A stretch of 64,000 bases of DNA from contig OZ320318.1 of assembly GCA_976226885.1 (NCBI GenBank), forward strand, positions 20,646,001 to 20,710,000, in the 5' to 3' direction. Position 1 is the stretch's first letter, and every line of letters starts with the position of its first letter. The notes beneath the pieces are model-generated. The model saw nothing but the letters and a program-made list of their open reading frames with translations. It was not told the origin of the DNA and did no database searches. This DNA comes from Iphione sp. A-MEVVRFRX5 (Eukaryota). Both the position numbers and the translations under genes were made by a program. Of the stretch, positions 28,901 through 39,643 are shown one piece after another.

Positions 28901-30034
28901 CTCTCTGAGTCATCCATACTTGGATGCTATTACATTAGGGATCAGGAAATGCCCATATTGCTATTGTTTTATTCAACAAAACAATTTAGTAAATAAGGCA
29001 ATTCAATAGAAATTCCCATCATGAAAAACATACTTCTATGGTAATCAAACCATGCATACAAGGAAATAAAGCCTTATTCATTGTAAACGACATTCCTTCT
29101 AATGGTGCAAATCGTTTTAATCAGAAAAGTCCGATCGATTTTGCTAAGTATCATTTTGTGAAGTATCCAATATCCCTGCAATAAGCAACCATAACTTATG
29201 CTGATTTATTTGTAACTTTCGAAGGTGAGAGCGATTAGCACTCCCGCATTGCTTTCGTATTTTAGCTCTGCATGCAATCCGGCTATTACATTTGAGACTA
29301 TGTGGATAGAAAACTTTCAGGACCGACTGACTCTATCTCAATGTAAAAGATAAGGCCCCCTCTTGCCACTGCTGAAGGGTGACCATTCATTTTAATAATG
29401 AAAAAAGGAGAATTAAACTTCAACATTAGCCAGTGCGCTTTGTCTATGACATCCTTTCTTTTTGTAATATTCATTTTCAACGCGAAGATATTTGTCTTAA
29501 GCTAAAACCTGAAGAAGCACTTTTATTGCATTGAAAATAAGAAAAAACATTATGTTGCGGCTGGTAAGCACTAACCACACCGTATTCAACCAAAGAGTGG
29601 CAATAAACGTGTATGACTGTCTAGCATGCCATTTCTACAGCTTTTACATTTTCATTCTTGTTGTCCAAAGTCCTAACAATCTATCTTTCTGATTCCTATT
29701 TGTAAGAAGCAGAAAACATAACTAAACGTAACATAACAACGAATGCTCTTAAATAGCACTCGCTTCCGTCATTGTTGCTTTATAAACTGTACTGCAGAGT
29801 AAAGGTTACGAAATTCGATTTGAAGTAATATTGCAATTTTTATCCAGCGGTCCTTGTTCATACTTTTTATCGTATAGCAACAGTATGAAGGACGGAATAT
29901 GAATTTTATAATTCAAAATTTAGTGTTCTATGCAACAGAAATTATCAGAGATACATGTACTTTGATCTATTCCTGAAAAGCAACTCACATAAAACAGACC
30001 TTATAGAGAGATCTCCTGAAGACGAAAACTAAAG

Positions 30035-30068
30035 CCTTCCTTTTCACCTTCTGTCTTTGCAGGTATGT
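30035..30068 (+). other. Strong 3' splice site fused to a 5' splice-site motif (CAG|GTATGT)
   Basis: 23 of 26 bases are pyrimidines before CAG (30060-30062), which is immediately followed by GTATGT. Confidence 0.4.
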
Positions 30069-33000
30069 ACACCATCACAATCCATCGGGGGCTTCGGGGC
30101 AGCTTGGGGGTCATGTGACCCCTTCTGTGAGCTGCTTTTCCACTGAGAAACAGCTGTTGCCAAGCAGGCGACTCCTCGGAGCTGCTCTAACGACCTTCCT
30201 GCTCAATAGGCCTGTCGGAGCAGCTCCGACTGCGCAAAACAATAAGTAAGAGGCAGATCTGACTTTTGACAAATACGTAGCTATTGTGATATGTGCATAT
30301 CGAGACATATTTTGTATTCAAAAATAGTCTGCAACTTGTAACAAATGCCATGGGTGTATAGAATTCTGCCCCCTATTCATAAAAAGACTCCGAAAACCTG
30401 TTCAAAATAAGAGTAGGAGGAAACCCTGGGCATTCTAGTCTCTCAATTCTCACAAATTGATATTAATATGCTACTCCAGGAGGATATGGAATAACAGTTA
30501 AAAATAAATCTTGATATCTAGTTTCTGGCTAAAAATACATTAAAATGAATGAAATAATCAAATGCGAGCCAGAGGTACTGAGTATAATCAGTTCTGTGGA
30601 GTAATATTTCTGGAAATGTAAAGTGAGTCTAGTTTTTTCTGCAAAGATTATCCATATAGAAAGAGAAAGCCCTAACAGTGTATGTGTTTTGTGAAAAATT
30701 AGAAGAGAATCTCTACTGCATGGCGAGGTTCTTCGAAAGTCTGCTTGCTTTTTCATCTCGTAACGATAGATAATAGAAGCCAAAGAAGCAAAGATTATTG
30801 AAGCTGATTTTTATGTATATATATACGCATTTCCCCCCGATATCCACTTGTTTAAAAGATGTCCTTGCTTAATCTTGAAATATTATAGAACATTAATTAG
30901 TCACCAATATCAAGTCTGTCTCTCTATACGGTGGTCTTAAGCCAGAATCCATAAAGCACCGTTATCACTTTGACTAATCTTTTGAAGTTTACAAGGTAAA
31001 AGGAAATGACAATTATGCAATACTATATAGTGTATGCTTCCATTCTCATTTCCAAGTGTATTCAACGCTGTGGTTTTCCTACCTCATTCTACATACTGAC
31101 CCACGACAGTGAAAGCTTTAAGTGTATTAGCGGCACATTAATTTAATCGAGAAAATGCCCTGCTGGTTTCTGAGCAAAACATAACTGTAATAGATATTTT
31201 TTTCGCCAACTAAATGCTAAATGCTTGCAGCATAGACACAGACTCGATCCCCTATCATCCCTTTACAAGGTGGCCAAGCCGCGCAGGAGCGGACCCACTA
31301 CAATGCTCGTGTCCTTCCACATCCCGCCTGAACGTGCCTCGAATGGCCAATGCTCTCAAAGCTTAAAAAACGATAGGATCTGAAAAAGCCTGCAATGACT
31401 TGACCAATGTATAAAGTGCCACCGGGGCTGTCTCAAGGTTGGATTCTCTTTCCCCTAATTAAATAGAATAGAAAGTGTTTTGCTTTCTTCTACAGGCACC
31501 AGGTTCAGCAGTTGGTTGCCTCAAGGATAACACACTCGTTCCTGTTTTTCACAATAGCTCGAATTGGAGTTATTTCCGCTTCATTTAATGGCAAGTAGCA
31601 CCCAAGAAAATGAAAGAGTTTCTAGCTGGATGGATTTCCGATCCTTTACGTCAGAAAGCGTTTCCATTCTGGAGCAGCACTGACGAATTGCCTCTCGATG
31701 GTTTTTTTTTGACAATTCGTCCCTCAGATAAGCCACAAGCAAACCTTATAGTTAACACTTAGATGCTGACGATAATTTTATAAGAAAGCGTCTGAGAAAG
31801 CGACTACAATGGGGATGTTCCCGTGTTATTTATCCCCATGTAAGGTCGATTTCGCCCCCACCACATCCCCACCATCACCCCAAGACGAATGCAACAGTTT
31901 ACGTCCTCTCCTGACTTTAATGGAGGCCACACCCCATCCTTCTTTGAAACGTGAGGCGAGCAATTCATTGAGACTCGTCGCTAGTTCCATCGAGCTGCTC
32001 CCTTTCTGGCTCTGGGACAGGAAGCGTACTCCTTGGTGGCGATTAGCGGGGATTTGTGGCCGTTCTAATATTCATATTGCACCAAGATGTGGCCATAAAG
32101 CCTCCAGAGCTCCACCCCCACCCCACCTTAGGGAGGTGCACCGCCGACGGATGGGGAGGACTATTTGCTCCCCGTCCTGTCTTTCCAATTGGCACCACCG
32201 ACAGAATCGATTTGATTTCAAGTCATTGGAGACTGCAGATGGCGAATACGTCCGTGCTGATTTGCAGTTAATTAATATTTGGTAAAAGGGACATGATCAG
32301 GTCTCACTTCAATTAATGACATTCAGAGATTTCTCTACCGCAGTAAACATAACCAGGTGGCATTATTTCAAGGTACATGTATTTACCTCAACTCTGAACG
32401 GTTCGACTATGGGGTGAATTTTATCGCCATAGTTGATTTCAGTTGTGCTGATGTGCATGCATAACTCGCGACTCCTCAGACAAGGCCCCCCCATTGTATG
32501 TACTGAGGACTGTTCTCCGTAATCAGATGGTACACAAAAAATGGTTAATATTGACTTCATTTGGACCTGGCATCTGAAATACTGTTTTCCTCCATGTTAC
32601 TGGAGCCTAATTTATTTACACCGAGGAGACCTGAATACACCTCCAGAGAAAGAAACCGATCTCCACTTGGAAGGTGCCCCGAACGCCAATGGATGTTGTG
32701 ATTTTGATTCACTCTGCGTACAACTAGGAGCTTAATGGCACCGCCGCTACTTCATATGGGCAATAAACTCAGTTTAAAATTAATAATGAGCACTCGGTAA
32801 CCTAGATTTCTTTTATGGGGGGTGACAGTCTTAAATGTTCTTGTTTAAGCCTCAGAAAATCAAGTCTTAAAAGCAGCTTACACTTAGGCTACGTTGTTTT
32901 CCCTTTCCCGTACTCCTACCGGCCTTTCAGTCCTTATTACTTAGAAATCGCCTCCATACTTGGGCAGATCCCCTCTGCACCTAACGTCTTTCTTAAGACC

Positions 33001-35456
33001 AATCAAATTGACCTCCGTAATCGTCCTGCATCTCCTACCTTGAAATTAAACAACCACCGTTTTTGGGTCTCAGGAGAGTGGAGCTTGTAAATGTAATTTG
33101 GCAAACGAAATGAGTCCTGAGGGAATTATGAGTAAGTGCTGCAACAAGAGTTCCATTCCCCTTCGACCGAAGGAAATGGGACACCATCTAGGCTACCATA
33201 TTCAGGTTCCGTTATTGCCGGCCGGGTGTGCATAATCACAGTTAGAATGGATGAGGGGTGTTTGTTTTCAGGATCCGTGTTGGAATGTGAGATGCTGTTG
33301 ACAAGCTTCACTGGTAGTGATGCTCTCACCACTACCAGTGGTCTGCTGCAGGAGGCATGTACTGATGGCGCAGCAGCCTCTCCTTTCTATGCGTTATACT
33401 GCTCAAGGGAGTTGCTCTGGGAGGAGCGTTCTCACGACATGAGCTGCTCTTCCTCCTGCTCAAGGACAGCTCTTGACGTGCGGTTAGAGAAGCGTGGTGA
33501 ATCCTCCTGTGGGCATAGTTATTCGATCGGCTTGATAGGGCTTCATGTTCTGGGTGCCGAGGTCATCTCAAGGACGAAACTAAATGGGCCAAACTGATGC
33601 GGGAACGTGCTTTTTTTGAGGCACATCTTGTTACAAAACATGCAGGGTGCAACAATTTTTAAACCAAGCATTGACCATTGAAGTGAAACTATTCATAATG
33701 CAGCAAAGATTTGAGATAATGTGGTTATTTAGATCATACTGTTGTATATTGAAGCGAAAATTTGAGAGCAGTGCACATTTAGGCAATTATGTTAAATTAT
33801 CTGTTACATATTGAGACAAAGATTTGAAACAATACATCGCACATTGTTCCTGTGCCCTCCTAGAACAAGTTTAAAAGCAGAACGTGAAATTTCTAATGGG
33901 AAATTTGACCCGTAAAGAAGCAATCAATGTAATATGGATAAATGTGATATGACGCCAGTCCGCATTTGAAACGTCCACTTTTGTAACGACTGTAAATGAA
34001 TGGAACAAATGGAATACTAATATTCATATGGGATATTCAACTGCTGTTTTGCCTTCGTCACCTTACGGCATCAGTTAGACAGCAATTCCAACCCATGTAC
34101 ATGCACAGTGTACATGGATCCCTCAAACTTTTAGGACCACTTGGTTTTAGACTAGGGTAACTGCTGGAAGAACAGACTCTATAGAGGAACTTCTGTTTTG
34201 CTTCCGAATCTGGGCCACATGATACCAGCGTAACTACAACCGTGCTCCTTGATGGCCTGAAGTGTGGTGTCTCTCCAGGACATGTCTGCTCTTGGCCACC
34301 CGCCGGCAACTAACTCAAATTAAAAGTGTCAGGTACTCTGACGAGCAGGAAGTCAAACTTCATGCAAGAAGGAGGCCGTAAAAGGAAAAATCAAGCAAAT
34401 GTGACGTCGTCTGCATAATCACAGCGCCGAGACTCTTAACGGACAAATAAATGAAATAACTTGTTTTCATGAAACAATACATGTAGTTCTTTTAAACATA
34501 AGTTATTATCTTTCGGTCTTTTCCAAACTCAAATCACCTGCCACCCTACACTATCCAACATGCATCTATCTATACATACCCATCACAATACGTATAACTA
34601 TTCTAGTGCGTTTGCACACAACATTGATAATGACCTCGAAACAGCGCTGGAAAAGCCTTCCTGACAGTGCTCATTCTGCTGTCTTAAAAAACATTTCGGG
34701 ACCACTGTGCAGGTTGTGGGTAAATGCATGAGCTAAACAGGTGTATGGATAATAGGTCTTAATGACATGAGTGTAGATATGTTGATGGGAAGTAATTACC
34801 ATCCCATATTATTTCGTTTGATAAAGGGTTTAATCGAGGTATATATGTATCTGTAGCAGTTGTTTTTTTGTCTTAATGACATACATTTCCACATTCATCT
34901 CAGTACGTTATCTTGCTAAGGTTATTCCCTGAGGTAGTCAATGGGCCTTTTCTTCGATTTTCACTCTTCATTATAACGAAATAGGATAATTCCACATAGG
35001 GCTGAAAAGTCATAACGTCACCCAGAGATGTTTCCTTTAACGAATGTATAAATTTTTTATTCCAAATTACGCTCTGCAAATTGAATTCTCAAATGAAAAA
35101 AAAAGTCAGGGAAATTATCTAAAGGAATTTCGTAACGCTCAAACGACATGCCAACAAAGCAAAGAAACCCCCTACCTGTCGTGCCTTGTATAGGTGACGG
35201 ATGCCAGAAATTACGAGAAATTGGCTTGCATGCCTTGATTCTGTCTTTCGAACTATCCTGTTGAGGTGTCGCATGCGATGATCTACACTACGGGCTCTAA
35301 TGGAATTTCTTCATTAGCGACACCGACCTCAATATCTGCGGTTTGATATCTGGGCTTTCGCAAATCATTTTACAAACAGTTGCATGAGGAGATCCAGCGA
35401 GGGCGCTCTCTTGTACTTCTCTTCACCAGAGGCCCTCCCCTCCCCTTCCACTGCTG

Positions 35457-35488
35457 GTTGCCATGGCAACGTGTCTCCATGGAGACAC
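35457..35488. promoter_or_regulatory. Tandem RFX X-box pair
   Basis: Perfect palindromic GTTGCCATGGCAAC (35457-35470) abuts the 18-bp palindrome GTGTCTCCATGGAGACAC (35471-35488). The first matches the established RFX consensus exactly. Confidence 0.65.
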
Positions 35489-37254
35489 TGTTAAAACGGA
35501 AGGGTGGAGATGGCTGGAAGGGGGGGGGAGGGAGTTGCTGATTGTTCAGCTGAGCTCTCTGGAAGAGGACACGGTGGGCATCAACTCACATCAGCTCGCA
35601 TCAGGTCGCACCTGATTAGAGCAGCTCTTTGTGCGGCTTCAGCAGACGGTACTGACTGGTTCCGGCAGGTAGGAAGATACACCCCCTCCCGCCCATTTTG
35701 GATTTTAAAAAAATCCCCCTTTCCTCAGAAATTGATCGGCTTTGCTGTTGTTGCTGTTGCCTTCCCTGGAAGGTTGGAAGAAAGCGCTCTTAATGAGATG
35801 AAACAGAGAATACAGGCTCACCGGGGCGCGAAGACACTTGATATTCAACGCAACATTAACCCACGTTTAAGGAAACGCAAAAGTAATTCGTGGAAGCTGA
35901 GAAATAACGCCGCTCTGAAACTGTTATTCTTGCCAGAGGAGCCGTGCCTGACAGTCTCTCGGGAAGCCCTCGTGTGGCTTCCGCCTGATAAGCATGTTAT
36001 CAATTCGGGTCAGATTAGGAGAGATTCGCTTTCAAGATGGAGCACCATTTGATTTATGAGAGAGATGGTAACACCGTCATCGGAATGCTATAATTAGTAG
36101 CTGCTCCTGACTGAAGGGAGTGATTAATAAGGCGTCAAGGTTATGGCAAATTTAGCCGTCCACATGATAATCTCTTTGCTTAATAATGTTTGACCTGTAT
36201 TTCCAGATATAATGTTGGCTAGGTAGATGAGCTTGAATAGGTTACTTCCAGGTAATATTAATTTGTTCCACCATGTGGATCATTATGTGTAGTACCCCAC
36301 AACTGATTAACTAGTTTAATGATCGAGTAGATGACCTTTATATCTATGATGAAGACAAAACCTATTCAATTAACATATGAATTAAGCCATGACAACCTCT
36401 GACTAAAAATAGCGCATTTAAGTCAAAACAGGACAAACAAGGACATATGAACAGTGTTTACCTTGACCTGGCTGCAGCGTTTGATGGTGTTATGAAAAGA
36501 GTGTTAACACAGAGGTGGTTAAGAACAGGCCTTTAGAAAAAAAACCCACAGGTGGTTTAATGTGAACAATTTACAAAGCACAAAACACCGCAGACAGGAG
36601 TCGCATTGTCATTCCAGTAAGTTATTTTCTGAATTAGCATAAGACTCAACATAGCAGCTATTCCCTTGTTGTCTTTTAGACATTACTCCATTAACAAAAG
36701 GAAAAGTCCAAGTCTCACGAATCTAGTTAGCAAACAGTCCTTAAAGTCTGTTTTAACTGGAACTGTCAACTGGTCAAAATATGAAGATGAAATCTGATGA
36801 ATTTCCTGGAGTCTCATGGTATAAGTCGATTGTATATTAACTCAGCTATTATAAATATAGTAAAAAAATATTAACTTTACCAGACCAGGTGTTTAATTCC
36901 TTGTCTGTAGTTGCGTACTACCTGTGTACCCTCCACCACTCAAAAATCTTAGCATCTTAGCAACTAACGGCAAGCTTCCCTTTGTGCATGTTTTGTAATT
37001 CATGAGGTTTTATGAAAAGGTCTGGTTTCATTGTGAAAACAAGCCGGAAATTTTCGTCTGAACGTTTTCACTCTACAAATCTTTGACTTCTAGAATGTTT
37101 CATTCATCCCGGACTGATAATTTCACTTTACGAATCCTGCATGAACCGACGACAATGAAACGTCTCTATCATAAAATAGAAAGGATCGAAGATAAACGTG
37201 AACCTTGCGTTCTCGAGGCTGTTATGATACTATTCCAGGCATTGGCTGGCGTTA

Positions 37255-37890
37255 CTGTTTGAAAAAAGGGCACACTGATATAGGTGTTTGTTAAAAGGGG
37301 TAGATGCATGTGATTGTTCTTAAAGGTTGACACGTACATGTGTCTTTTCAATGATAAACCTTTAAGCATATCTGTTTTAGGAATAAACTTGTCTAGATAT
37401 CTGTTGAAGTATAGATTTGTATAAACGCGTTTGCTTAAGAGTAAGCTTACACGGATGTGTGTTAAAGGGTAGGCATATATGACTGTCTGTTTCAGAGTAG
37501 ATTTTCAGGGCTGCCTGTGCAGATGTTTGTTTAGGAGAGCATTTGTATGGACATTTGTTCAAGGATAGTATTATATGGCCCTGTTAGCGGTAGATTTGTA
37601 TACCCGTCTGTATAAGTGAATTTCCATATAAGTTTTGTTTAAGATAAGATTTATATAGGTGTTTCTTTATAGAAAGACTGGTAAAGGTTTTGTTTAACAT
37701 TGTCTCTTGTGGGTAAATGTATATTTATGTATATCTCTTTCTATTAATAGACCTATCTATGTATGGGTAGATTTACTGGCACGTTGTTATGGGCATTTGT
37801 TTTAAGGTGGAGTAGTATGGCTTTTAAAGGTGTATTGCTTTTTTGAAGTCGACAAGTATAAGTGTTTGATGTTTGTTTTAGGGTAAGCGT
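37255..37890. repeat. Highly diverged ~28-bp minisatellite, about 20 copies
   Basis: Units approximating TGTTTAAGGGTAGATTTGTATAGACGTN recur at 37373, 37402, 37432, 37460, 37488, 37528, 37556, 37582, 37609, 37636 and beyond. Confidence 0.75.
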
Positions 37891-38665
37891 AAAATAACAT
37901 CTAAGAGTAGACTTCTATTGGTAAGGCGAAACTTGTTCAATATTCATTTCACGGGAGAACCCTTATGGTAGTCTCTTTAAGAGTAAACTCATAAGGATCT
38001 TTCGCAGTGTTGTTCTCCTAGATATAACACAGAATGTTCATGTCAGGGAACTGCATCTCTTCTTGTTACAACTCAGATCATACCGTTTCATGCTCATTCA
38101 CTGTAGCCAACATAGATGTTAATTTTAATCCAGTCTTTGCAACGTTTGATCAAATATTTCCAAAACGACGCACCAACTGTTTCCAACAGGACGTAAAAAG
38201 TACTCAGTGTTGTTACAAAGGTAAAATGTACTCCAGCTATGTATTAACAAACAACAAGCTCTTTGTCTGTGTTTCCTGTATCTGTGTCATGGTGACATCT
38301 CCTATCATAACCCACATCTAGTACTGCCTTTGATACGTATATTGATTTCACAGGAGACATCTGTAGGTCTGTAGGTGACCTGGACCTATAAATCAAGATG
38401 GCATCTGAAGGGAATTTATGTTAAGATGATGCAATGTAATGTACGTGTCAAACATATGATTTACATACTATAGCCGGGAGGGGCGCAGTTTCTGCCATAA
38501 TGAATGATCACCTATTTTATCATTCATTTTGCCAGACAACCATCTTGCCTTAGTGGGTATCGCCACCGCTTAATCATAAACTGAAACAAATGACGATGGC
38601 GCCAATGAATTTGAATGCACCAACAGAAAATAAAATGACCCAGAGATGATAGATTGCGCCCAAAG

Positions 38666-38719
38666 ATGGTAGATATGAAAAAAACAAATGGAGAGATGCG
38701 GAAGTATTTCATCGTGACG
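38666..38719 (+). CDS. Candidate first coding exon MVDMKKTNGEMRKYFIVT
   Basis: aagATGG Kozak context, 18 codons, phase-0 end at the strong donor ACG|GTGAGT, upstream of a CpG-rich island. No homology recognised. Confidence 0.2.
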
Positions 38720-39229
38720 GTGAGTGCACAATTTACTACAGAGACAAAAACGCCTCTCCCCCTCCTTTCACAGCTGGCTAAAGGAAAAAACTACTTTCTT
38801 GGGGAGAGAAATTCCGGACGAGTCTCACTGATATCGGCCAAGCGTGAGGAAACTCAATCTCCAACAGCGATGGATTATGGCGGCAAGATGGCGGTCGCCT
38901 TGTCGATGGCCTGAGGCCCTTTCCTCTGGGGAGATCATAGAATAAGGCTCGATCTACACACGCTGCCACAGTAAAATGGTTCCCTTCAGAAATCGGATTT
39001 GACTGCTAGAAAAAAAGTCCAACATTGCCGAGTTACGCTGGGGAAAAGGCGGGCAGCATCATTCCAGTCATTTCGGGATGGAGCTTGTGTTGACAACAAT
39101 ACAATTAACTTTTTTTTTTAAGAAAAAATTATCTACACTATTGTTAAGGGTTCGAAGCAAGGAGTAACGATACTTGTCCACAGTTGCAAGAATTTTGTTA
39201 TCTATTGAGATTGTCACCCCTATTACCAG

Positions 39230-39643
39230 ACCGAATCAGTATAAGGTTTCAGCTACTTAGGAATGATAACTGGTCATAAAACCCGTTCCAGCCGCTGTTG
39301 ACAATGCAAACCAGAAGCTGAATACACACACACAACTCACATTATATTACATGGTCCTTACTAGCCTTCTAGCATCTTTGCATATTGAAAATGACCTGCG
39401 ATGAAAATACATAACCAGTTTGAAGGCTATCAGATACCGAATGCGTCTAGGCTTTCAGCTACTTAGGAATGATAACTTACCTGTTTATGGGAGCGATACG
39501 GGTACTTTTGATACTGCAGAGCTGCAGCTGAATACAGATGCGACTCACATTATATTGCGTGCACCTGACTGGTCTTCATGCATATTTGCATGTTGAAATG
39601 ACCTGAAACGAAGAAACTTTACGAATTTGAAGGCTATCAGATA
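39230..39643. repeat. Tandem duplication, about 206-bp unit x2
   Basis: Identical blocks tttcagctacttaggaatgataact (39247, 39453) and tttgaaggctatcagata (39419, 39626), with diverged interiors. Confidence 0.9.

Noticed and set aside
33136-33597. 153-aa ORF with an internal acceptor at 33271
   Set aside because: Non-ATG start, no recognisable domain, no convincing donor. Other frames on both strands were also unrecognisable.
35504-36052. 182-aa ORF downstream of the X-boxes
   Set aside because: GC-rich regulatory sequence that runs through a donor at 35668 and low-complexity tracts. No homology recognised.
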